Source: Rhynchopus sp. YZ270_cl-10 (taxonomy: Eukaryota). Taken from it: 64,000 nucleotides of DNA. Every line of letters begins with the position of its first letter. The stretch's first letter is position 1. The position numbers and the translations under genes were made by a program. The stretch spans positions 186,001-250,000 of the forward strand of contig OZ037846.1 in the NCBI GenBank assembly GCA_964035575.1. The letters are read 5' to 3'. Positions 47,498-59,196 of this stretch are shown here, piece by piece. The notes below the pieces were generated by a model that did no database searches, was not told the origin of the DNA, and saw nothing but the letters and a program-made list of their open reading frames with translations.

Positions 47498-47630
47498 TGG
47501 TGTGGCTGAATGGGGGCAAAAAGTACGCAAAAAAAAAAGTGTCAAAAAAATGCGAATCAGCCCTCAAAAATTTTTGGTGCGGGTGAAAAAAGCGCGCATG
47601 AAGTGCGAATCCCCGCCTTCAGCCACACCA
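47498..47630. mobile_element. 133-bp MITE of the TGGTGTGGCTGAA family
   Basis: Same TIR as 9773-10575; 5-bp TSD ACTAT (47493-47497, 47631-47635). Confidence 0.85.
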
Positions 47631-47695
47631 ACTATACCTTATTTTTTCCACCATTGATTTATTTTTTTATGCCATCTTTTCTTTTTTCCTTTTTT

Positions 47696-48325
47696 TCAGT
47701 AATGCTTCCCCCCGACTGTCCCGTACTCTGTTGTTCTTGGGTTCACAATGCCGACGTCGTGGAGATCATCAAACTCACGTGGCGATGCGAAGCCTCCGTC
47801 GCTGTCAATAGTGGACCTGCAGCAGAGGAGACAGAGAATGGCAATCTCGAACACCGTTGCAACACTACATGCGTAGATGCCAAACCCGAGCGAGATGCCA
47901 GAGATCTGCATCAGGCTCTTGTCACCGCATTCTGTCACCGGAAAGTCGATGACGTACGCTGCGACGAAGCAGGGCACGATCAACAGAAACATGGCAAGAG
48001 CTACCGAATGAACGACCTTTAAATATCTGCGTACATATTTCTTAAGAACGGTTGCAGCAGCGAATGCCAGGATCATATGCAAAACGAGCCCAATAAACAG
48101 CATAGTCGCGGCCACAATCGCAAAAACCTGAATACCTTTGAGGCAAAGTCCGCGTGGGTTGCATGAGTCATCAGCGGGGTTCGCGTTGCCAAGGGAGCAG
48201 CGGAACACACCACAGCTCTGGTCGCCTATCTTGCCCAAGAAGCTGTTGTCCATAATCAGCATCGCAAGCACAGCCCCCAAAGAGGCTGCAGTAAAGACAC
48301 CTTGGATCAGAGAGTCCACGAGCAT
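47696..48325 (-). CDS. Four-TM amastin/claudin-superfamily-like membrane protein
   Basis: 209 aa, four hydrophobic segments, Cys-containing first loop (SCGVFRC...C...C), GISLGFGIY before last TM. Confidence 0.7.
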   Translation of the reverse strand: MLVDSLIQGVFTAASLGAVLAMLIMDNSFLGKIGDQSCGVFRCSLGNANPADDSCNPRGLCLKGIQVFAIVAATMLFIGLVLHMILAFAAATVLKKYVRRYLKVVHSVALAMFLLIVPCFVAAYVIDFPVTECGDKSLMQISGISLGFGIYACSVATVFEIAILCLLCCRSTIDSDGGFASPREFDDLHDVGIVNPRTTEYGTVGGKHY

Positions 48326-50246
48326 TGTTCTTTGTTGGGGTAAAAAAAAATGTGTTCTGTTGTGTGAGGACGTTTAAGAATAATCTAAAAAAAATAGAAG
48401 TTTTGACTAATACAAAAAGCCGTCCATCCATTTCGTTATGAGAATGTGTTTACTCCCGCTTCCACTCAGAGAAATGGAACGGGAAAAAACAGAACGGAGG
48501 CAAGAACGGAAGATTTGTTGAAGAACTTGGCCATTTCGTCCACAGCGCGGACGGATTCCGGAAATGCCAATTGCGGCATGTTTTGGGGCTGAAAACCCAC
48601 CTTTTTTCCAGGGAAAAAATTTGCTTCCGGTGTTCTTCGCCTGCTGAACCATATCCCAATACTCACGGAGATGGTGAGGATCGACCCAGCGACCGGGCCT
48701 GCACAGGCTGCACCAGCGCACTCCCTCAGCCGGCGGATCCACAGCATCCACGTCAATCACCTCGATGACGGGTGCACAGGCATCATCAATGGGATGTGTA
48801 GACGACATTGTAGTCAAAGTTGTCACCAGGGTGAAGTACGTTCTACGTGAGTTACGCAGAACTGAGTGGTCGAATGCAATGCAAGGCGCCCTCTGCAACA
48901 CTCAACAAAACCCCCCCGCAGGTTTGACGTTTTATTCAGGCATTCAGGGTTTCCGCAATGGAGGAGAAAAAGGAAGAGGTTCTTTAGTTCTGAAGAAGGA
49001 AAAGGGGATTTACAAGAGCCCCTTCAAAAAAAAAAAAGGGGGGGTTTTTTTTTTAAAGCAATCCACGAAGAAAAAAATGCCGTCCTTATCCATGGCAAGC
49101 AAAACTATAGAAACCAAAAAACAAAAAAGAAAGCTTTTGAATGAATGTGTCTTTCGTCTCTCATTCACATACACTCTGTCAAAAAAAAAAAAATAAATAG
49201 CGAAGTCGAAACGGGCCCCTTACCTGAGGGATTTACCAAAAGACAAGGTTCCAAATAAAAAGTAATGAAATTTGTTTCATATACTAACTATTCTACTGAA
49301 TAGATGGTATAATAGGGTGCACTAAATGGACCCAAACTTTGAAATTTGAAATACACTCTCTCTGTGACAGTGGATCTTTAAAAAAAAGGAAGTATTTCAA
49401 CATTTGCGATCAATAAATTGATAGCATCGGAGGAGGGATAACAAAAAAAATAAGAAAAATCCTTGTCAAAGTGATGAATGCACCTCTCGTGCGCACAACA
49501 CCTTGAGGAGAGAGAAAGGATCACCTTAGGCGGAAATTCCATCAGGCCGCCCTTCTTTCCAAGCAATCTTAAAATAACAGGAACACCAACAACAATAAAA
49601 AAAAAATATGCAGATATATTTGGTCAAGTGAGCAGCTCACATTGAAAACCATGTGCAAAAAAACACTAAAACAAAATAAAACAAAACCCGAGGGCACGTT
49701 GCTGGAAAAAAAGCAGGGGAAAAAAAAAAAGCAAAAAAGAAAAACACACACAAAAAGGACGAACGCCTCTTTGTTCACCATCAATAAAGTAAATTAACAA
49801 TACAGACAAAGAGAAGACCCAACAGCCAATGTGTCCTAATGGGGCGAGTCTTGCCCACAGGAGGGTAATAGAACAAGACGGAGAAGGCTCCGATACGTTC
49901 AGGGTGAAAAGGTATTTTTTTAAAAAAACATTACTGTGCAGCTTTGCAAGAAAAGCAGGAACAGATCACGCTGCTTTTGCCCGAGGTCATCAAGAGAGCA
50001 TCGCCAATTATAGGTACACTGCTTTTCAAAAACAAAATATGAAAGAAAAGGTGAAACTGGTACCTCAAGGGAATAAAAGAGATGGCTAAAGTCTCGAGAC
50101 GCGTTTTTGCGGACATCGGTGACAAACGATTTGTTCCTCCTTTATGCTCGACCGGATGAGAAGATGGGGGAAAAGCGGGTGGTGCATGGTGCGTAGTGTG
50201 TAGTGGGGGTGTATAGTGTGCGTAGTGTGTGTGTGCATGTGTGTGC

Positions 50247-52870
50247 TCACAGCTTCGCCTGCTGCGCAAGCTGCTTCTCACGCTTCTTGCTCCACGACTC
50301 AGCAGTGCTGCCGTCCTCAGCAAGCTTCGCCAGCAGCGGGCACGGCTCCTCACCTGCTGCACGCAGACCCTTCACAACCTCGTCCAGGCCAAGGAGGTCG
50401 GCGTACTGTTGTGGTGTGGTGGTGGTGGAGGATAGAGGATAGAGGATAGAGGATAGAGGATAGAGGATAGAGGATAGAGGATAGAGGATAGAGGATAGAG
50501 GATAGAGGATAGAGGATAGAGGATAGAGGATAGAGGATAGAGGATAGAGGATAGAGGATAGAGGATAGAGGATAGAGGATAGAGGATAGAGGATAGAGGA
50601 TAGAGGATAGAGGATAGAGGATAGAGGATAGAGGATAGAGGATAGAGGATAGAGGATAGAGGATAGAGGATAGAGGATAGAGGATAGAGGATAGAGGATA
50701 GAGGATAGAGGATAGAGGATAGAGGATAGAGGATAGAGGATAGAGGATAGAGGATAGAGGATAGAGGATAGAGGATAGAGGATAGAGGATAGAGGATAGA
50801 GGATAGAGGATAGAGGATAGAGGATAGAGGATAGAGGATAGAGGATAGAGGATAGAGGTAGAGGGGGAAGACATCGGTGTGAAACAATAAACATACCTTC
50901 ATCGGGCCTCCCAGGTAACGCGGGAAGTTGTACCCGTAGACAAGCGCAACGTCGATGTCGGACGCACGCGAGACAACACCCTCCTCCAGGAGACGGAAGC
51001 CCTCGTTGATCACAGGGAAGTACACACGCTGTGCAAGCACCTCGGGGGTGAGGTTCGGGCGTGTCACACCGGTCTCCTTCCACACACGCTGCATGAAGGC
51101 TGCCACCTCAGGGTTGGGCTGTGCACGGCGCTTCGCGTCGTACACGTACAGCCCCTTCCCGCTCTTCATCCCGAAGTTTCCGTTTGCGAACAGGAAGTCC
51201 GTCACGTTCCCCTTGGTGTCCAGTGTGCCCGCACGCTCCTTCTCGCGTCCGAACAGGTCCAGTCCCACCAGGTCGTTCATGCGCATAGGGCCCATGCGCA
51301 TACCGAACTTCTCCGCAGCAGCGTCAATCTCCTCGGGCAGGAAGCCAGAGTACAGCATCGAGGTCGCCCCCTGCTTCCCCATCATCCTGTTCGCAACAAA
51401 CCCGTGGCAGTTGTTCACAAGCACACAGATCTTCCCAATACGCTTTCCAAACGCCATCGCCGTCGCAATCGTGCGTCCAGACGTCTTCGACCCACGCACG
51501 TTCTCCAGCAGCGGCATCACGTTCGCAGGCGAGAAGAAGTGGCACCCCACCACATCCTCAGGACGCGATGTCGACGCAGCAATCTCGTCGATGCTCAGGT
51601 AGCTCGTGTTCGTGGCCAGGATGCAGCCCTTCTTGCACACAGCGTCAAGCTTCCCGAACACCTCCTTCTTGATGTCCATGTTCTCGTACACAGCCTCAAT
51701 CACCATGTCGCAGTCCTTGAACACTGCGTAGTCCGTGCCAGACGGCTTGATGTTGCCAAACGCACGCTTTGCACGTGCCTCCTTCATGCTCCCACGCTTC
51801 ACAGACGTCTCGTAGTTGGCACCAATCACCTTCATCCCCTTCTCCAGGAACTCCGGCTTTGCGTCCACAAGAAGCACCTTGATCCCTGCGTTTGCACAGG
51901 ACATCGCAATGCCTCCACCCATCAGGCCAGCTCCGATGATCCCAACTGTCTTCAGGGGGGCGGGCTTCGTCTTCAGGCCGGGCACCTTCCAGCAGGCACG
52001 CTCCGCGAAGAACATGTACTGCATTGCCTTGGACTGGTCGTCGGTCATCAGGGGCATGAACTCCTTCCACTCCGTCTTGAGTCCCACCTTGAAGAAGTCA
52101 CCAGCCGTGGCAGCCTGCACACAGTTGATGATGGCCTGCGGCGCGTTCTCCCCACGGCGCACCTTGCCCCACTTCTTGCGTGCCATGTCGAACACGGCAG
52201 GGCTGCCCACTGCGTTGCGGTTGCAGATCCTGCGGTTCGCAAGGTTGACTCCACGCGAGGCAACAGAGGCACAGAGCTGCACACCTGCAACGACGATGTT
52301 CCTGTCCACCACTTCGTCGAACACACCCAGCTGCAGCGCCCTCTGGCTGGGGAGGGGTGCACCCTTGCACATCAGCTCGATCGCCTGCTCACATCCGATC
52401 AAACGTGGCATTCTCTGGGTACCTCCGGCACCAGGCAGAAGGCCGAGGTTCACCTCTGGAAGGCCCACCACCGAACGGGACGACGCAATGCGGTAGTGGC
52501 AGCCAAGCGCAAGCTCGCACCCACCTCCGAGCGCAACACCGTCAATGGCAGCAACAACAGGCTTCGTGCTGGCCTCGTACATGTTGAACACCTCTCCAGG
52601 CGAAGGTCCCTTCATGCCCCCGCTGAACTCAGAGATGTCAGCCCCAGCACAGAAGGCACCGTGTGCACCGGTGACAACAATCCCGTCGACGGTGGTGTCG
52701 GCAAGCGCACGCTTCAGGTTCTCGTCAAGCCCCATGCGGATACCGCTCGAGAGCGGGTTCATCGGGGGGTTGTCGAGCGTGAAGACAGCGATGTTGGACC
52801 CCTCGCAGTGGCGCACCTCGTAGTGCACCTTCCCCTTCGGGACGAACGGCTTCTTCTGTCCACGGGCCAT
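50247..52870 (-). CDS. Peroxisomal multifunctional beta-oxidation enzyme, copy 2
   Basis: Exons 52870-50897, 50405-50247; near-identical to copy 1; PTS1 AKL. Confidence 0.93.
50428..50854. repeat. (GAGGATA)61 intronic microsatellite
   Basis: Perfect 7-mer array within intron 50406-50896. Confidence 0.98.
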
Positions 52871-53002
52871 TGGAGAGGTTGGGTCTTTGTCTTGTCTGTG
52901 GGGTGGTGTGAGTGGAGGGGGATAAGGGACACATTCGCACAAAAATTCAACAAGAAAAGAAAAAAAAACTGACTTTGTGTAGTTCTAGTGTACCACTTCT
53001 GC

Positions 53003-54781
53003 TCAGGGATTTGGTGAACAACTCTTTGAGTAGAGCAACACAACACTGCACGTCCCAGAAGGAACTGCGCGTGCTGGTGTGCCAACCCCTCCCGCAGCTG
53101 TCCATGCCTCAGCAACGTCAAGGTCAGACTGCTCACCACGCAGGTACCCACGCACGGTATTGTTGTACTCCTCCCAATGTTTCTTCCCACCTATCATGTA
53201 CATCCACTCGTCTATCACTCCACCTGCATCCTGGGCCTTCACAGACTCATCCAAGATAGTGCTTCTGCGAGAAGTACTCACGTCAGCAAGTTCCGCCACA
53301 ACCTGTGCCTCACAGCCAGAGGCAACCTCCACCTTGCACGGAAGCAGACGCAGCTGGTGTTCGCACTCAGCATCGCTGAAGCACATCCTGTTGCACACCA
53401 CATCACACCCCAGCATACGCCCCACACGTTCCAGCCCGTTCACATCACGCACAAGCTCCCCCACCATGCTGAACCGACGCATCACCTCGCAACCCATGTC
53501 ACCACGCAGCACCTTCCCAGTCGCAACACCAGCATTCACCTTCTCACAAAAGCTGCTCGCACCCTTCAGAAGCAGGCTTGCTGCGTGCAGTGCAGATGTG
53601 GCATGTGTCGCACACTGCTTCGAGGCGTTGAACGAACAGTGGATCCTGTCCCCGATGAACACGTCCACCATCCCACGTCTTGTCTCTGTTGCCTGCAGGG
53701 TCTTCAGGAGGAGAGTGGTGAAGAAGGAGGAGTAGGTCGCACTGTCCTTCTCCAGCAAATGCAGGGTGTCCTTCACGTTCAGTGTCAGCAGGGTTGCCTT
53801 GACCGAGGACAGACCCAGTGGCAGGCACACTGGCAAGTCTGAGCCTCTCGAATCAAACGAGTCTGAGCCTCTAAGTGTACTTTGCGTGGACTCCGACTGT
53901 TCATCCACAACTCTGTCCACCTTGTCCACCTCATCCTGAAACGGCAGACACGTCTTCGGGAGGTACGCTTTGTACATGCACAGGTTCTTCTCCAGTCTCC
54001 ACAGGGCAGCAGTCATCCCCTCAGGCAGGTCACCCCCATGCACGTCCAGCATCTCCGCCACCTGTTCCACGTCGTACCCCGCAAGAAGCGACGCAATCTC
54101 CTGCACAACGCTGATCGTGCGCCGCATTGACTCCTGCTCCTTCAGCAAATTGTGCGCAAACCTGCGTGTCACGAAGAAGTCGATCAGGAAGACAGTAATG
54201 GTTGAAGTGAGTGCAGTCGGGGGAAATGATTTCTTGCAGGGAAGGAACTCGCAGTCAGTTTCGCTCCTGAATTTCTCTCTCCTGCTGTGTTCACCCTCCT
54301 GCGGTGTCAACCCAGGAAGGTCAAACAACCCAAACCTGAAGGATTCCTCACATGCCATCAGGAGAAGCCACACCACTATCATAGCAACGAAGCCTGCACT
54401 GTACCGTGCTGCGACTTGCATCACAAGCAACAGGTCCACAACCACGATGAGAAGTGGCCAACCAGAATAACTAAGTGCACGTGTGTCCAAGTCCCATGCG
54501 AACATACAAATGCCGAACAAGTACAACATACCCACCACGAACCTGGTGTGCAGATGCTGTTTGCAGAGCACCTTACCAACAACAATCCAGCAGCCAATGT
54601 TGAATGCAATCACCCCTATCATGTTAAGGTTGCGTCCGTGTCCGTAGTACCCGTATACCACATAAGTGAAGAGACTCGCGACAGTTGAGGCCACACAGAA
54701 CGCAAACATGATGGTGCGCTTCTTCACCTCGTCCGCACTGAGAGACCCGTCAATGGTCAGTGCGCTGTTCAGGCACCGCAT
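53003..54781 (-). CDS. Multi-TM protein with degenerate class III cyclase domain (pseudo-cyclase), copy 1
   Basis: TM region homologous to 1020-3128 (EESFRFGLFDLPG, VQEIASLLAGYDVE); cyclase-like IGD, NAGVATG, FSMVG. Confidence 0.85.
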   Translation of the reverse strand: MRCLNSALTIDGSLSADEVKKRTIMFAFCVASTVASLFTYVVYGYYGHGRNLNMIGVIAFNIGCWIVVGKVLCKQHLHTRFVVGMLYLFGICMFAWDLDTRALSYSGWPLLIVVVDLLLVMQVAARYSAGFVAMIVVWLLLMACEESFRFGLFDLPGLTPQEGEHSRREKFRSETDCEFLPCKKSFPPTALTSTITVFLIDFFVTRRFAHNLLKEQESMRRTISVVQEIASLLAGYDVEQVAEMLDVHGGDLPEGMTAALWRLEKNLCMYKAYLPKTCLPFQDEVDKVDRVVDEQSESTQSTLRGSDSFDSRGSDLPVCLPLGLSSVKATLLTLNVKDTLHLLEKDSATYSSFFTTLLLKTLQATETRRGMVDVFIGDRIHCSFNASKQCATHATSALHAASLLLKGASSFCEKVNAGVATGKVLRGDMGCEVMRRFSMVGELVRDVNGLERVGRMLGCDVVCNRMCFSDAECEHQLRLLPCKVEVASGCEAQVVAELADVSTSRRSTILDESVKAQDAGGVIDEWMYMIGGKKHWEEYNNTVRGYLRGEQSDLDVAEAWTAAGGVGTPARAVPSGTCSVVLLYSKSCSPNP

Positions 54782-56262
54782 CGTTGGCCTTTTGATCCTC
54801 ACAAACCTTTGCTATGTGTGGAGCAGGGGTGTATGGATGTGTGTTGTGTGCACTGGTGGGTGGTGTGGGTTCTGTGTTGGGAGATGGACGTAACCACCAC
54901 AACCAGTACTTCACACAGAACTTAATCTCACAGGTAACCAACTATACGTGTCTCAGTCCCATATGACAACACCCTATCCCGAAGAAAGACACGCAGCCGT
55001 CACCTCACGTATCTCCAATTCGTGGACTTTTGCGACTTCGTCCCCAGCATCTGCTCTCCATGCAACCAACGGGGATCAGTGGCACCTGGTTTTGGCTGCA
55101 TACAAAAGCTCCCGCTTCTGGTTATTATTCCGTTTAGCAAAGCGAGAGAAATACTGTATTTTTCGTTTGCATTTCTCGGTGGGTTTTTATGTCCTGTTGT
55201 TAGCTGCAGCAAACGTTTGAAACGGGGGTTTTTTTTTTCGCACTGCTTCCCCGTTCTGGAGTAAAACATTCACCAAATGCCAGTTACCACCAAACCATCA
55301 TGTGCACACAAAATATGCAAGCCTAGCAGGCAGCAGCAAAACCAGCTGCAAAAAAAGGCAGCGAAGCCACCACCAAGGCACCGACCAAGCAAACGCCAAA
55401 CGCAAACCAGCACCCTAGAGCAGAGCGTCCGCAAGCAACAGACAAGCGCATGGCACAGAAACGGCCTAGGCAGGAATAGTGCTGCTGGAGGAGAAGAGGA
55501 AGAGCGGAACCTGCAGTGCCGGTTTCGTGACCACACCTTTCGTGTCACCGGCGTCGCAAGGCTGCGGTCTCATCCCCCGGACACTGCGGGATCGGGGTGA
55601 GGGGGCGAGGGGGTGCGTGGTGCGTGCCCAATGAAGGGATCACCTGACTGGTGTCTCCAACGAGGGCTCACTGGAAGACCAGCGGGAGCAGCTGTCTGAT
55701 GGAAGACGAGGAGAGGCTGAAGCGGGTCCACGAAGCAACGTCGTCGTGCACTCTCGTTGGGTAAGAACACCACATTCTCATCTCGTTCATCACTCGATAA
55801 ATGACGGCGTGCTTTACATTTCGTAGAATCATGAATTCGACACAGATTGGTACTAAACTGGACCAAACATTTCCCAAACACAGTTATCAAGAAAAGTCTG
55901 TTGAGCATGAAGCAAGTGCCAGATGTAAATCTGAGCAAACACAACAGGAGGCTAGTGGCGGCAGGAGTTTGTCTATTTCTCTAGGAAATCGTGTCCCAAC
56001 CCCCCTTAAACATTCCCACACCTGCCATTCGAAAATCACCTTCTCGTACAGGATTTTAACTCATCGCGCTCATCTTGTCAAAAACTAAAACCTTGACCTT
56101 GCGACACCAAATTATAAACGACTGGGCTTCCTGTGCTCTCGCAAGGGAGGTGTAGCTACACATCTGTCCGAAGACCGCGCCGCCATCTTTCTTTCTGGGT
56201 CATAATGTCACAACGCCCCAACCCAAAGGTCGCTGACATCAACTCGCCTAAACAGTCTACTT

Positions 56263-57984
56263 TTAGGAACACATCTGAGAGCAACACACAACACTGCACG
56301 TCCCAGAAGGAACTGCGTGTGCTGGTGTGCCAACCCCTCCCGCAGCTGTCCATGCCTCAGCAACGTCAAGGTCAGACTGCTCACCACGCAGGTACCCACG
56401 CACGGCAATGTTGTACTCCTCCCAATGCTTCTTCCCACCTATCATGTACATCCACTCGTCAACTGCTCCTGCTGCATCACTTAGCTGAGCCATCACTTCC
56501 GCCACAACCTGTGCCTCACAGCCAGAGGCAACCTCCACCTTGCACGGAAGCAGACGCAGCTGGTGTTCGCACTCAGCATCGCTGAAGCACATCCTGTTGC
56601 ACACCACATCACACCCCAGCATACGCCCCACACGTTCCAGCCCGCTCACATCACGCACAAGCTCCCCTACCATGCTGAACCGACGCATCACCTCACAACC
56701 CATGTCACCACGCAGCACCTTCCCAGACGCAACACCAGCATTCACCTTCTCACAAAAGCTGCTCGCACCCTTCAGAAGCAGGCTTGCTGCGTGCAGTGCA
56801 GATGTGGCATGTGTCGCACACTGCTTCGAGGCGTTGAACGAACAGTGGATCCTGTCCCCGATGAACACGTCCACCATCCCACGTCTTGTCTCTGTTGCCT
56901 GCAGGGTCTTCAGGAGGAGAGTGGTGAAGAAAGAGGAGTAGGTCGCACTGTCCTTCTCCAGCAAATGCAGGGTGTCCTTCACGTTCAGTGTCAGCAGGGT
57001 TGTCTTGACCGAGGACAGACCCAGTGGCAGGCACACTGGCAAGTTCTCATTTCTCGTATGTGAGGACTCTGTGGATGTATCTGCTGTCTCTGTCACGTCG
57101 CCCACTTCGCTCTCTAAGTCCACCTTGTCCACCTCATCCTGAAACGGCAGACACGTCTTCGGGAGGTACGCTTTGTACATGCGCAGGTTCTTCTCCAGTC
57201 TCCACAGGGCAGCAGTCATCCCCTCAGGCAGGTCACCCCCATGCACGTCCAGCATCTCCGCCACCTGCTCCACGTCGTACCCCGCAAGAAGCGACGCAAT
57301 CTCCTGCACAACGCTGATCGTGCGCCTCATTGACTCCTGCTCCTTCAGCAAATTGCGCGCAAACCTGCGTGTCACGAAGAAGTCGATCAGGAAGACAGCA
57401 ATGGCGGGAAGGGCGCCAAGTGGGGGAAATGGTGTCTTGCAGGGAAGGAACTCGCAGTCAGTTTCGATCCTGAATTTCTCTCTCCTGCTGTGTTCACCTT
57501 CGTACGGTGGCAACCCAGGAAGGTCAAGCAAACCAAACCTGAAGGATTCCTCACATGCCATCAGGAGAAGCCACACCACTATCATAGCAACGAAGCCTGC
57601 ACTGTACCGTGCTGGGACTTGCATCACAAGCAACAGGTCCACAATCAGGATGAGAAGTGGCCAACTAGTATAACTAAGTGCACGTGTGTCCAAGTCCCAT
57701 GTGAATATACAAATGCCGAACAAGTACAACATACCCACCACGAACCTGGTGTGCAGATGCTGTTTGCAGAGCACCTTACCAACAACAACCCAGCATCCAA
57801 TGTTAAATGCAATCACCCCTATCATGTTAAGGTTGCGTTCTTGTAGGTAGTACCCTTGCACCTCATAAACGAAGAGATTCGCGGCACTCGCGGCCGCACA
57901 GAACGCAAACATGATGGTGCGCTTCTTCACCTCGTCAGCACTAAGAGACCCGTCAATGGTCAGTGCGCTGTTCAGGCACCGCAT
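56263..57984 (-). CDS. Pseudo-cyclase, copy 2
   Basis: Highly similar paralog of 53003-54781 with different C-terminus. Confidence 0.85.
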   Translation of the reverse strand: MRCLNSALTIDGSLSADEVKKRTIMFAFCAAASAANLFVYEVQGYYLQERNLNMIGVIAFNIGCWVVVGKVLCKQHLHTRFVVGMLYLFGICIFTWDLDTRALSYTSWPLLILIVDLLLVMQVPARYSAGFVAMIVVWLLLMACEESFRFGLLDLPGLPPYEGEHSRREKFRIETDCEFLPCKTPFPPLGALPAIAVFLIDFFVTRRFARNLLKEQESMRRTISVVQEIASLLAGYDVEQVAEMLDVHGGDLPEGMTAALWRLEKNLRMYKAYLPKTCLPFQDEVDKVDLESEVGDVTETADTSTESSHTRNENLPVCLPLGLSSVKTTLLTLNVKDTLHLLEKDSATYSSFFTTLLLKTLQATETRRGMVDVFIGDRIHCSFNASKQCATHATSALHAASLLLKGASSFCEKVNAGVASGKVLRGDMGCEVMRRFSMVGELVRDVSGLERVGRMLGCDVVCNRMCFSDAECEHQLRLLPCKVEVASGCEAQVVAEVMAQLSDAAGAVDEWMYMIGGKKHWEEYNIAVRGYLRGEQSDLDVAEAWTAAGGVGTPAHAVPSGTCSVVCCSQMCS

Positions 57985-58120
57985 CGTTGGGCTTTTGATC
58001 CTCACAAACCTTTGCTATGTGTGGAGCAGGGGTGTGTGGATGTGTGTTGTGTGCACTGGTGGGTGGTGTGGGTTCAGTGTTGGGAGATGGACGTAACCAC
58101 CACGCTAAATATGCCTCCTG

Positions 58121-58250
58121 CACCTCATCCTGAAACGGCAGACACGTCTTCGGAGGTACGCTTTGCACCTCCTCGGGTTGTTCTCGCCAAGGTCAGAATG
58201 TGTAACTAGGAAGGTACCCACGCACCACTGTGTTGTGCTGCTCCCTTTCT
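58121..58250 (-). pseudogene. Internally deleted relic of a pseudo-cyclase paralog (second copy at ~62066-62195)
   Basis: CACCTCATCCTGAAACGGCAGACACGTCTTCGGAGGTACGCTTTG matches coding 57130-57175 with a 1-nt deletion, followed by a decayed match to the C-terminal coding region. Confidence 0.6.
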
Positions 58251-59196
58251 TCTCATCTGTGCAGCTGCTGACTACCAATGTGTGGACCTAGGTGGGTGTC
58301 CTTGTCTCTGGAGGGGGGAGGAAAAAAACTGTGTACTGAGTATTCGTCTTGCTTTCATCTGAGATAACCGTTCCCCCCACAGCTTAATGTCGCGAGGGTT
58401 CACTTCCTTATTGTTTAACCACGCCACCAGCTGTAAAACTGTATGTAGTAGTGGTCGCAACTATGTGAAGGTTGTGTCAAAGCGTCAGGAATAGACGTCT
58501 TATCAGGTGGAGAAGTGCCCTCACTATGCAATATGAGATTCTCTGGGTTTAGTAATGAAACCCGGTCTGCAGACACGAATCCCGGGACCAAGAACAAAAA
58601 TTTTACTTTTGCCATTTTCAGGTGATCACTACGGTTCTTGTGGTAAATTTTGTGCACAAACTGGCTTCTGGAACCCAAAAACCAAACGACAGGGTTCCCC
58701 CCCAATATTTTCCCCAGAAAAATCCGGATTTTTACAGGGGTTCGGGAGGGACCATGGCCCCCGCGAGAAAATGGGCTTTGGAGGTTGTAGATGACCCCCC
58801 GTGGTAATGTGACCCCAGCATACAGAACATGTGGCTCGCTGTGTCAAAGAAGTAGAATAAAAAGAGATGGTAAAATCTAAAAAAATATAAAAAAAGTAGC
58901 GTACCGTGCGCCCGCGGCGCTGTGTTGCTGGCTATTTGATGCTGATATATTCCCATTGATCTTCCGTGCATTGCCCTTTTTTTTTAAGGGGGCTTCGGTG
59001 CAAGCGACGAGTACATTCACTTTCAACAACATGTTCCAACTGCAGCACTGTAATGACTGCGTAGCGCCATACAATGAATAAAGCAAATACCCCTTGCCCA
59101 CCTCTACAAGACAACACAGCTATCAAGCTTAACATGGCCGCTAGCAAACCCAAAACGTTTTCTCAACGCTGCGGCAGAGCAGACTTGTCTTTGCTG

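Noticed and set aside
48407..48901. 164-aa ORF with a CxxC motif
   Set aside because: Runs into a dispersed repeat and has no recognisable domain; may be a fragment
50350..50896. LSSILYP-repeat C-terminal extension in the 856-aa ORF
   Set aside because: Read-through of a GT-AG intron; splicing restores the AKL-ending exon as in copy 1
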